Virus record (IMG/VR): IMGVR_UViG_3300024349_000035 | Strand: one strand, 5' to 3' | Length of the DNA stretch: 64,000 nt | From: a virus | Shown: one piece after another, positions 34,926 through 42,977 of the stretch | How positions within the stretch are numbered: the first letter of the stretch is position 1 | Layout of the letters: the number at the start of each line of letters is the position of its first letter | Notes under the pieces: model-generated | The model's input: only the letters and a program-made list of their open reading frames with translations | Database searches by the model: none | Told to the model about the DNA's origin: nothing | Program-made: the position numbers and the translations under genes

Positions 34926-35187
34926 AGAGCCGTAGCCCGTCAATCACCGCCTGCCCCACGTCATGAATGTCGCTTCCTGTGGAAGCAACCACGATGTACG
35001 AATACTGGTATGCGCTCTGTTGCGACAGGAGGGTTACACTCCCAATCATACACAGGCAAGCGCTCACTTCGCCTGCGCAATCGATCTGGTAGGTGCGCCG
35101 ATCCAGCTTCACGATATGATACCCGCGCCCTACCACTTCCTTCGGTTCACCTTTACCGGGTAAACCCATAATTGATCTCAGTTCCAT
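34921..35187 (-). CDS. hypothetical protein
   Basis: GGAGGG RBS; 88 aa. Confidence 0.55.
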   Translation of the reverse strand: MELRSIMGLPGKGEPKEVVGRGYHIVKLDRRTYQIDCAGEVSACLCMIGSVTLLSQQSAYQYSYIVVASTGSDIHDVGQAVIDGLRLC

Positions 35188-35429
35188 GTAAGCCCTCCGT
35201 TACCATGCAGTTTACATAACTTGTTCATAGAAGTGGTAGCAAACAACTTTCATCACTGGTTTATACCACTTCTGCCCAACGATCTTAACGATAGCATTGT
35301 ACAATCGTTGTACTCCCTTAACGCCCCAACAGATGTTAGGTGTGATACACTAACAGTGTCCTTGAGCGTTGCCATTCGGGATACCGCGATCTCCAAATAG
35401 CCGCGCATCTGTGTGTTATACCTCCATAA

Positions 35430-35465
35430 ACGAAAGAGCCGGGATGCGACCCCCGGCTCTTTCGT
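35430..35465. terminator. intrinsic terminator hairpin
   Basis: 14-bp stem ACGAAAGAGCCGGG/CCCGGCTCTTTCGT. Confidence 0.7.
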
Positions 35466-35520
35466 GTTATATGGGCTGTGATGCAAAGCAGCAGCGTTTA
35501 CAATAAATGACGTGTTCCCG

Positions 35521-35715
35521 TTAATTACTGCTGCCGGGATATTGCGGGTGCAGGTTGCTCAGGTTCGCTTCCAAACGTTCGATCACATCAGCGACGGAGA
35601 GTTCTAGATACAGGGCTTTGAGCAAGACTGCGGGATCAATGGCGGTGATAGCGTCGTCAAGTTCAGGGTCTGGTGGTGGCTCTGACGTGTAACGACGCAT
35701 CCAACGAACATTCAT
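35521..35715 (-). CDS. hypothetical protein
   Basis: 64 aa ORF with purine-rich RBS. Confidence 0.5.
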   Translation of the reverse strand: MNVRWMRRYTSEPPPDPELDDAITAIDPAVLLKALYLELSVADVIERLEANLSNLHPQYPGSSN

Positions 35716-35900
35716 GATTTACCCCTATGGCCTTTGTTGCGTAACAAGATTCATTGTACCACGCTGCATAAGGATTGCACATACTTACACGACTACGCGC
35801 GAGAAAAATTTACAAATTTCACGAAAGATTCATGAAATTCTGTAACACATCTGTGATATAATCGTAGCGCTCCCGTGAAGTATGCGCAACGGCTAGACCC

Positions 35901-36353
35901 CTACGATCCGCTTCCTGTGGAAGCTGGCTTGGGAATGAACTCTAACCCACAGTTCGGACAACGGTAGTACGCATCCCCGATCTCATCTTCATGCAGCGCA
36001 TGGGCTTCGATCAGGCAACCACACCCCGGTTCATGCTGCCACTCGCCGTTCGCATCCAGATAATCATCATCGGGACAGCGCACGAAGCCCCCCGGTTCAC
36101 TTCCTGTGGAATCACGGCGGCGTTCAAAATGCTGCCGGAAGAGGTCGGCCTGTATTTGCTGCTTGCGGCATTCAATCCACATGCGTTCCGCGAAGGTGCG
36201 GGCCTGTTCATCCTCTTCCCGTTCATCCAGTTCATGCCACACCGGACTCCAGAAGAAGTCATGCTTGCCATCAGGGAACGTGACGCGGTACTGGCTCGAC
36301 GCAATGCTGTACACCAGCCCGGACGCTCTACCTTGATGTATTTCTGCGACCAT
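35901..36353 (-). CDS. hypothetical protein with C-terminal Zn ribbon
   Basis: CGC...YRCPNCG; overlaps the 36011-36625 frame, so boundaries are uncertain. Confidence 0.5.
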   Translation of the reverse strand: MVAEIHQGRASGLVYSIASSQYRVTFPDGKHDFFWSPVWHELDEREEDEQARTFAERMWIECRKQQIQADLFRQHFERRRDSTGSEPGGFVRCPDDDYLDANGEWQHEPGCGCLIEAHALHEDEIGDAYYRCPNCGLEFIPKPASTGSGS

Positions 36354-36625
36354 TCACGTGTCAGCCGCCGCAGGACTGCCCACTCATCCTCATCAGTAGC
36401 AATGCTCATCATCTGTGTCGCGCCATCAGGGTAGGTGATCTTGTACAGCAGATGGCCTTCCGGCTGCCCACCGTACTCATCATCTATAAGCTGCATCATC
36501 ACGCCGAGGTCATTCGTCTTGACCTCATAGCCCAGTGTGGGATCATCCGCTTCGGGGTCAAGCGTCAGATGCACATGCGCTTCCTGTGGAAGCTGCTCAA
36601 GCTGCTTCGGCTCTTTCTTGTACAA
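36011..36625 (-). CDS. hypothetical protein (only the 5' half looks coding)
   Basis: TTG start; protein-like up to about 36350, then overlaps the better-looking 35901 frame. Confidence 0.35.
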   Translation of the reverse strand: MYKKEPKQLEQLPQEAHVHLTLDPEADDPTLGYEVKTNDLGVMMQLIDDEYGGQPEGHLLYKITYPDGATQMMSIATDEDEWAVLRRLTREWSQKYIKVERPGWCTALRRASTASRSLMASMTSSGVRCGMNWMNGKRMNRPAPSRNACGLNAASSKYRPTSSGSILNAAVIPQEVNRGASCAVPMMIIWMRTASGSMNRGVVA

Positions 36626-36888
36626 CGGATGAGACCCGCCGCCCGCTTGCCCTTCCCCGTAATCTGCACGATCTTCACTTCCATAGGAAGCTCACCTATC
36701 GGCGTATCCGTCACCGTGATCTCATTCGCAGCAAGTAGAGGCCATTTCACCGGAGCAGGCAAATCCCACGCTTCCGGTGTCTGGAACAACGTGTCGAAAT
36801 CTTCCGGCGTGGTGTTGATCACCATCGGTTCACTCCGGTACTGGATGTCCTCAATGTCATGGATCACCACGCGATTCTCCGGTAACAT
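36565..36888 (-). CDS. hypothetical protein
   Basis: 107 aa; the last ~20 codons overlap the next frame. Confidence 0.5.
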   Translation of the reverse strand: MLPENRVVIHDIEDIQYRSEPMVINTTPEDFDTLFQTPEAWDLPAPVKWPLLAANEITVTDTPIGELPMEVKIVQITGKGKRAAGLIRCTRKSRSSLSSFHRKRMCI

Positions 36889-36954
36889 GATGCTGCTCAG
36901 GGGAATATCCTTGTTGATGGTCGGCGTGCTAAATGCCGCATCCAGCAGCGCCCG

Positions 36955-37500
36955 TTACACATTTGTCGGTATATCCAGCATATCCCAGGGATGATCCATG
37001 CCATCCACATCGAAGTCAGGTGTGGACTGTGGCGCAGATTGTGGTGCAGGGGTGTCCTGTTGTGCGTGCAGGGTGTCACCCTCCACCACCCCCGTCGCGT
37101 GCGCGGGTGTCCCGGCTTCAACCTTCAGCGCGTGCCAGCGCGTGCGCAGGTATGCTTCTACCTCAGCCATGTTCACCATGTTGGGTGCAGGAAACAGGAT
37201 GTTGAACGTGGGTTGCAGCATCAGGCGGGACGTGAAGTAGCACGGTTCATCGTGCAGGTACTCACACTGGTTGAACATATCGTAGTGCGAATCACCGTGT
37301 TCGCTGGTGTGGGGGTAGACGCTGTGCGTGGTGATGCTTGGAAGTCTGCCCGATAACGCCACAGGCGAGGCCGGATCAGCGGTTTCACTGTAGAACACGA
37401 TCACAACGGCGTGCTGGTCATCACCGTAGATGTAATCCAGCAGGAACACGTCTTCATCACCATCGTAGCGGGTATCGATACGTAATGTGGGTTGCTGCAT
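36955..37500 (-). CDS. hypothetical protein
   Basis: Start MQQPTLRID after a GAGG RBS. Confidence 0.65.
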   Translation of the reverse strand: MQQPTLRIDTRYDGDEDVFLLDYIYGDDQHAVVIVFYSETADPASPVALSGRLPSITTHSVYPHTSEHGDSHYDMFNQCEYLHDEPCYFTSRLMLQPTFNILFPAPNMVNMAEVEAYLRTRWHALKVEAGTPAHATGVVEGDTLHAQQDTPAPQSAPQSTPDFDVDGMDHPWDMLDIPTNV

Positions 37501-37543
37501 GTGTGTATACCTCATTTCAACTGGAACAGATTATGGTTACAGG

Positions 37544-37680
37544 GCGTAGCCGGGATGCAGCTACGCAGAGCGGAATCACCATACCGTGCGTCGGGCTATG
37601 CCCTTCGGTTGAGCGCGTGGCTGTGCAATGCAGGTCTGTTACCTGCGGGTGGGGATAGCCCTACTGGATCACGGTATGGT
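37544..37680 (-). ncRNA. structured intergenic RNA candidate
   Basis: Nested stems ACCATACCGTG/CACGGTATGGT, GGGCTAT/ATAGCCC, GCAGGT/ACCTGC, plus a flanking GCGTAGC/GCTACGC hairpin. Confidence 0.45.
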
Positions 37681-37723
37681 ACTGTAAGCATAGCTCACCT
37701 AACGCAAATGCGCAAGGGATGAG

Positions 37724-38707
37724 CTACTTGACGAAGCCCTCAACGTAGTCCAGCGCGGGGGCGATCAGGTCAACCACTTCGGTATCTTCCTCGTACTTCT
37801 TGACCGAGCAGTTCTGGCAGGTGCATTTGCGGGCCACATGCACCAGCTTCGCCACGTTGATGCTCTTCCCCGGCTTGATGTTCATGATCTCAGCCAGGAG
37901 CGTAGCAGTCTTCTCGGTCAGGCTGTCGAACTCGCGTTCCGTGTACACGATGCCGATCAGGTTCGGGATTTCTTCCCCAATCGCCTGCAATGCGCCGATC
38001 TTGAGCAGGAAGTGAACCAGACCGCAAGCGTCGTTGTGCTTGTTGTCGAACCCGTCTGTCCAGCGCACATGCTTCGGGGCAGCAGGCTTGGCGGGCAGCT
38101 TCTTGATCTGCGGCTTGACCTGAACCTTCTGCTGCTGCTTGCGGGGCGCGGGGCTGGTGGTGCGACGCGCGGGCTGCTGCTTCTGCTTCTTGCTTCCTGT
38201 GGAAGCGATCTGCTTGCGGGTAGAGGCGGTGCGCTTGGCCTGCTTCTTCTCGATGGGCTGCGTGCCACGCCCGATGTCCTTGTTGCGGAACGCGATCACG
38301 AAGCCGTTGATCGCTTCCTTGCTGACATGCACGTGCATCGAGCCGAGCGTGTTCATGGCGTTGAAGATCGCCTGCTTGTTGTGATCGCCGCCCTTGAGGA
38401 CATACGCCTTGCACGCGGCGTACAGCGAACGGAACGCATTGCGGGTACGGGGATTGCGTTCAGCGTTCATGGCGTTCCAGAGCGTGCCAGCATCGTTGAT
38501 GTAGGACTCGGACACGTTGCCTGCACCCTTGACGAAGTTCCCGTTCTTCATCTGTTCTCCATTCTGGCGGTCACGTTCTGCCCGTTCCCGAATCTTGTTC
38601 GCGTCCACCATGTGCTTGAGCTTGTAGTTGGTCGCGGCTTTGCTGTTGGTGTTGGCGGGGGCAGTCTTCTTGGCATTGCGATTGAAGATATTGGCAAAGA
38701 ACGTCAT
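37724..38707 (-). CDS. hypothetical protein with Lys/Gln/Pro-rich basic linker
   Basis: Start MTFFANIF after GGAGG; central KKQAKRTAS...KKLPAKPAAPK segment. Confidence 0.7.
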   Translation of the reverse strand: MTFFANIFNRNAKKTAPANTNSKAATNYKLKHMVDANKIRERAERDRQNGEQMKNGNFVKGAGNVSESYINDAGTLWNAMNAERNPRTRNAFRSLYAACKAYVLKGGDHNKQAIFNAMNTLGSMHVHVSKEAINGFVIAFRNKDIGRGTQPIEKKQAKRTASTRKQIASTGSKKQKQQPARRTTSPAPRKQQQKVQVKPQIKKLPAKPAAPKHVRWTDGFDNKHNDACGLVHFLLKIGALQAIGEEIPNLIGIVYTEREFDSLTEKTATLLAEIMNIKPGKSINVAKLVHVARKCTCQNCSVKKYEEDTEVVDLIAPALDYVEGFVK

Positions 38708-38878
38708 GTGGGTATCCTCCATTTGGGGTATCAATCAACTTGGGGAATAGTCCATGTGGCAGGCATGGCCCATCTATCCAACGTGAACCGGACACGGTAG
38801 ATGCGTGATCCGCCACCACGCTACGCGGTGTGCGCTGTGCATGGGGCTTGTATTCAGTTATGAGCGTGAAACAGGGGG

Positions 38879-39142
38879 TTAGAACTGGAAGTACGGCTGC
38901 GTGATGAGGTTGTAGTGCAGCACGAACGCCTTGACCTCTACCTCATCCAGCACAATGTTCATGCGGTGTGCGGAGTAGGCAATGTCCTGGTGGATCGTGT
39001 CGAGTGATGCGAGATCACCCGTCACAATGTCGCAGTTTGCCATCTGTGCAATGTACTTGGCGATTGCGTTCATCACATCCTGCTTGGTCATGACGAACAC
39101 ATCCAGCGGGTCAGACTCCATGATCAGGGCTTTGTCAACCAT
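38879..39142 (-). CDS. hypothetical protein
   Basis: GGAGG RBS. Confidence 0.6.
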   Translation of the reverse strand: MVDKALIMESDPLDVFVMTKQDVMNAIAKYIAQMANCDIVTGDLASLDTIHQDIAYSAHRMNIVLDEVEVKAFVLHYNLITQPYFQF

Positions 39143-39144
39143 AT

Positions 39145-39342
39145 CTACCTCCGAATGTGCTGGCGCAGTTCCGAACGGGACGCATGACGATTGGCGCGGC
39201 TGTGCAGGCGCTTGATCTTACGCCTGCCCTCATGGTGGCGGCGCTCTTTACCACCCTTGCGGCTCCACTTCTCCGCAAGCTCCTCCTTCTCAGCGTCGGC
39301 TACAATGATTTCATCGGCAATGGTGTATACCTTGTACGACAC
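39145..39342 (-). CDS. small basic protein
   Basis: GTG start after GGAGG; Arg/Lys/His-rich C-terminal half. Confidence 0.55.
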   Translation of the reverse strand: MSYKVYTIADEIIVADAEKEELAEKWSRKGGKERRHHEGRRKIKRLHSRANRHASRSELRQHIRR

Positions 39343-39367
39343 AGATACCTCCGTAAGATAAGATAAG

Positions 39368-39685
39368 CTAACGTTCATCGGGATAGACAGATTTGCCGGG
39401 GTTACGGGCGCTGGTCTGGTGATCGCCAGCATCGATGACCGCCACCATCACCAAATCCTCAATGATCTGGTAGACCAGCCGCAAGCCTTTGGGCCAGGAT
39501 TGCTTGCTGACCGCGTGCGTGTCGCGCTTGAACGTTTTATGCTCGTAGCTCCACACACGCTCTGCGGCAAGGTAAGGATCGGCTGCAATCGCCCGCATGA
39601 GCGCCTTGACCTCTTCCTGATCGTCCAGTGACAACGCTTTAATGAGCGCTGTCACATCCGGGTGCGTCCTGACTTGGTAGGTCAT
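39368..39685 (-). CDS. RelE/ParE-superfamily toxin-like protein
   Basis: MTYQVRTHPDV...ALMRAIAADPY...GLRLVYQIIEDLVMVAVIDAGDH matches the RelE-fold pattern. Confidence 0.75.
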   Translation of the reverse strand: MTYQVRTHPDVTALIKALSLDDQEEVKALMRAIAADPYLAAERVWSYEHKTFKRDTHAVSKQSWPKGLRLVYQIIEDLVMVAVIDAGDHQTSARNPGKSVYPDER

Positions 39686-39936
39686 AGCTCCACCGTCCAG
39701 TCATCCCATGTCAGGATTTCAGCAAGCGTCGGTTCTGGCACGCCCTTCAACATGCGGTTGGCAACCAACCATGTGTCAACGCTGTTCAGAATGGCGTTGA
39801 TTTCAGGGTTCGTGTCCCACAGCTTATCGTATGCAGCGTTGTAGAAGGCCAGCACCTTCTCGGTGTCGCCACCATAGAAGGCCACGATTGCGTCCACAAT
39901 GACGCTGACGGGGATCAAGACTTCGATCTTATCCAT
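39682..39936 (-). CDS. acidic protein upstream of the RelE-like gene (candidate antitoxin)
   Basis: ATGA overlap with the toxin start; 84 aa, acidic. Confidence 0.5.
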   Translation of the reverse strand: MDKIEVLIPVSVIVDAIVAFYGGDTEKVLAFYNAAYDKLWDTNPEINAILNSVDTWLVANRMLKGVPEPTLAEILTWDDWTVEL

Positions 39937-39967
39937 GTGACACCTATCCTACTCATGAACGAATGAT

Positions 39968-39991
39968 AGTATAGCCCGGTTTGCACCGGGC
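39968..39991 (-). promoter_or_regulatory. promoter with inverted repeat in the spacer (candidate TA operator)
   Basis: -10 TATACT at 39968-39973; GCCCGGT-TTGC-ACCGGGC directly upstream. Confidence 0.5.
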
Positions 39992-40000
39992 CAGCGAAGC

Positions 40001-40480
40001 CTACAGGGGCAGTTCGACCCAGTTGCCATCCGGGTCTTGCAACCAACGATGACCAGCGCGGGCAGGCCGCAGGAAGTCAGGCAGTTTACCATTGCCGTTG
40101 CTTCCATTGGAAGCTACGGCTTGCGCCTGCTTCTGCTTCTTGGTATCATCAGACTTGGCTTTGCGTGAGGCAGCAACCTTTTCCGCGTACCCTAATACGC
40201 GGTTAGGGTCTGCCTCTACCTCATCCTCTACCCCTGCAATGGTGATGATCTGATAGATATTGTCGTCGGTGATATGGTACTTCTCATCACCAATAGGTAT
40301 GACAATACCCCCATTATTGTGTGTCTTGCTTCCTGGTATGAGCATGAGTAGTGCATACGGCACATACCAACGCTCTACTGCTTGCTCAATGGTCTTGACA
40401 ACAGGGTAACGACGAGAGAGTGCTGCACCAACAGCCATCGATAGGAAGCACAGAACAACGAGTGTAGTGAAGTCGATCAC
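40001..40480 (-). CDS. membrane-anchored hypothetical protein
   Basis: N-terminal TM helix; GGAGG RBS. Confidence 0.6.
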   Translation of the reverse strand: MIDFTTLVVLCFLSMAVGAALSRRYPVVKTIEQAVERWYVPYALLMLIPGSKTHNNGGIVIPIGDEKYHITDDNIYQIITIAGVEDEVEADPNRVLGYAEKVAASRKAKSDDTKKQKQAQAVASNGSNGNGKLPDFLRPARAGHRWLQDPDGNWVELPL

Positions 40481-40621
40481 GGCCTTAATCCTCCTTCTGC
40501 GTGTAGATACGGTACGAATGGGTCTTTACCTGGCGCTTGATGGTGATGCAGCCAAGCCCGACGACGACTGCTATGAAGAGCAGTCCAAACAGGGTCGATA
40601 GCAGGACAGGATGCAGGTACA

Positions 40622-40846
40622 TTAGCGTGTCCTCCCACCTGTACGCCCTGCGTATGAAACGTTGTCATTGATGGGGAAAGGCAGCACATTGAGCAGATCG
40701 CGTACACCTGCTTCTTGGCATTTGCGTGTGACGTACTTGCCCTCAGCAGAGTAGCAATTGCCCTCTACCTTAATGGTGACGGTACGCTCTAACGTACCCA
40801 TCGAAGGAACGTACACCTTATGCGTAGCCTTGATAAACTGAGCCAT
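40622..40846 (-). CDS. hypothetical protein
   Basis: 74 aa, GGAG RBS. Confidence 0.55.
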   Translation of the reverse strand: MAQFIKATHKVYVPSMGTLERTVTIKVEGNCYSAEGKYVTRKCQEAGVRDLLNVLPFPINDNVSYAGRTGGRTR

Positions 40847-41090
40847 TGCGAGACACTCCTTGTACAGAACAGACAGATAGGGTCAGAGAACAACAGCACG
40901 GTGATATGCGTATGAGACATATCGGTGTGTGTTGTAGTGGGTATTGGCCTGCGGGTACGCCCGACCTATGGCCTCAAGGAATCATTCATGTTCCTGCTCT
41001 CTACCCTGCTTCCTGTGGAAGCAGAACAGAGAGCAGAACAGGTGCTTTCGCACCTGCCCATTGCAGTATTCGATTGTTAGATGTGATAAG

Positions 41091-41372
41091 CTAACGAATG
41101 AAGCCCATTTGCTGTTTGCAATAGCGCACCAGTTCGGGGTCTGTCTCGTTAGCCTTGAGCCACCACGACCAGAGTGCGTAGTTGAACTTCTTGTCAGGTG
41201 ACTTACGGCACTCCGCAACTGCCACAATATCCTTCTTGAATTGTGACAGTTCCTTGCGCATCCCGTTATCACTGATCTTGCCCTCTACTTGCTCAATGAA
41301 GGCTTCTACAACGGTGCAAGCTAGGGATAGGGACCGTTTGTTGTCGAGTTGAACAGACTGGAAATCGAACAT
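41091..41372 (-). CDS. hypothetical protein
   Basis: 93 aa, GGAGGG RBS. Confidence 0.6.
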   Translation of the reverse strand: MFDFQSVQLDNKRSLSLACTVVEAFIEQVEGKISDNGMRKELSQFKKDIVAVAECRKSPDKKFNYALWSWWLKANETDPELVRYCKQQMGFIR

Positions 41373-41417
41373 GGTGTATACCCTCCACTCGTGAACACAT
41401 GAATTAGTGTTCCCACC

Positions 41418-41457
41418 TATGCAAGAAGCCTGTCATATATGACAGGCTTCTTGCATA
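41418..41457. repeat. perfect 40-bp palindrome
   Basis: TATGCAAGAAGCCTGTCATA|TATGACAGGCTTCTTGCATA, no spacer, intergenic. Confidence 0.9.
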
Positions 41458-41479
41458 ACGCACTGTGCTTGAGGGCTAT

Positions 41480-41830
41480 TTAGAGCCGCACAGTCGGCTT
41501 GACACTGGCACGCCAGAATGTGACCCAACCGTTCTTGGTAGGCTTGTCATCGAACCACGTCGGCTCTGTCCAATCGCCCATGATTGGCAGGTCTAGATTG
41601 AGGCGCTTGAGCGTGCCTGGATAACAGCAAATGATGTGATCGCATAGCCCCTGTGCCTGAATATTTCGCACAAGGTTAGGCATCTGGAACGCACCATTCG
41701 CAAGGCCATGTGCCATGAGATAGCGCACACCTTTGTTGTCAGTGAATATGGCATAGCCATACGTATCGAAGTCCGACAACAGATCGTCAAATATCCGCTT
41801 CGACATACGGATTGAAAACTTATCAGCCAT
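41480..41830 (-). CDS. hypothetical protein
   Basis: Start MADKFSI; HG...ICCYPG. Confidence 0.6.
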   Translation of the reverse strand: MADKFSIRMSKRIFDDLLSDFDTYGYAIFTDNKGVRYLMAHGLANGAFQMPNLVRNIQAQGLCDHIICCYPGTLKRLNLDLPIMGDWTEPTWFDDKPTKNGWVTFWRASVKPTVRL

Positions 41831-41899
41831 TCCCCTACCCTCCACTCATGCGAACCCACCTGTGCAGTACAAGACTGCACAACGCTCTGAGCCTAAGGG

Positions 41900-42061
41900 C
41901 TATTTCACGTCGCTCAGACGACGATAGACGCTGTGCTTATCGCACAGCGCCACGATGACCTCATCGGCCTTGATGTTCTTCGCATCAGCAATAGCCAGTT
42001 GCTTCAAGCTGTAGCGACGGACACTAATCGACACGCCATTACGAACGATGAGCGAGAACAT
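41900..42061 (-). CDS. small hypothetical protein (53 aa, below the track cutoff)
   Basis: MFSLIVRNGVSISVRRYSLKQLAIADAKNIKADEVIVALCDKHSVYRRLSDVK after a GGAGG RBS. Confidence 0.55.
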   Translation of the reverse strand: MFSLIVRNGVSISVRRYSLKQLAIADAKNIKADEVIVALCDKHSVYRRLSDVK

Positions 42062-42181
42062 TGTTACCTCCGTGAACGAGGGGGCATGTTCACTTTTGCC
42101 TCCTCATAAATAGTCAGTTACACACTCCCACACACCGGGGGCTGTCCCATAGCCGCCTGTCAGTTCCAAAATTTCGGGGGG

Positions 42182-42209
42182 TGGTATAATATAGGTGAGC
42201 TAACCTAAC
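42182..42209 (+). promoter_or_regulatory. rightward promoter at the start of the virion module
   Basis: TG-extended TATAAT at 42185-42190 followed by CTAAC twice (42200, 42205). Confidence 0.6.
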
Positions 42210-42225
42210 GAAAAGAGCCGCAACC

Positions 42226-42531
42226 GTGAAGAAGATTCCCGGCAACCTCTATGACTACTGGAAGGGTCACAAGATGAGCGATAAGCCAACGCCGCCCCTG
42301 CCCCCACTCGGCAATGACGATGACGGGGAATACGACGAGATCACCGCGCCGTTCGCGCCGAATGACGTGATGGGGATTGCCATCAATGCCGCGCAGTTCT
42401 ACGTCGCGGCGCTGGAAGTATTGGGGCCGGGTAACGAGTACACAGCGATCAAATTAGCAGAGGGGTGGACGCACGTCGAACATGCGCGACTCATCACCGC
42501 CAAACTTACAGCGTCGGAAGAAGGGGAATAA
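42226..42531 (+). CDS. hypothetical protein
   Basis: First rightward ORF; true start may be 42274. Confidence 0.6.
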   Translation: MKKIPGNLYDYWKGHKMSDKPTPPLPPLGNDDDGEYDEITAPFAPNDVMGIAINAAQFYVAALEVLGPGNEYTAIKLAEGWTHVEHARLITAKLTASEEGE

Positions 42532-42802
42532 GCACTACGGGGAGATCAGACCGTCCCTGCGGATCGTGCTGATCTACGAAGAACTCCGTACAGGCGTGCC
42601 GTTTCGGGTCGGGGAATATCACCAGCGTACCAGCACACCACGCGGAACCATCTACCGGATACTCAACATTCTGTCCGAGGCGTTCCCGGTGGTGAACTAT
42701 CAAGGCGCATGGACACTCTTACAGTTCGTGCCAGTCGATCAACAGGGAAAGTATGAGCGGCAGAATCGTTTACGGCAGCGAAGACTTCGAGGGGATATAT
42801 AG
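42482..42802 (+). CDS. winged-helix protein (putative)
   Basis: TSTPRGTIYRILNIL recognition-helix pattern; start uncertain. Confidence 0.5.
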   Translation: MRDSSPPNLQRRKKGNKHYGEIRPSLRIVLIYEELRTGVPFRVGEYHQRTSTPRGTIYRILNILSEAFPVVNYQGAWTLLQFVPVDQQGKYERQNRLRQRRLRGDI

Positions 42803-42977
42803 GGCGTGGCTGGCTGACGGACAGGGCAGCACGGTCACGGTGGGGAAGTCGGTATACATGGCGCTCCGCGACAATGACGGGGTGTACTTCATTCGCAAGG
42901 GTGAGAGGGGCGACGTGTTCAAAGACTCTTACGGCAGCACGTCATGGAACTTCAACCGGGACAAGAGTGATCAGTAA
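42753..42977 (+). CDS. hypothetical protein
   Basis: TAATG overlap with the TerL start. Confidence 0.55.
   Translation: MSGRIVYGSEDFEGIYRAWLADGQGSTVTVGKSVYMALRDNDGVYFIRKGERGDVFKDSYGSTSWNFNRDKSDQ

Noticed and set aside
38740-38880. Structured RNA upstream of the 37724 gene (several stems; shares CGGTAGATGC with the Y-like RNA)
   Set aside because: Stems are short, the T-loop-like part is imperfect, and a 10-nt match can be chance.
15660-41385. GTATAC near many start codons as extra parC sites
   Set aside because: These are single copies within the GGAGGTATAC RBS-spacer context, not phased arrays.
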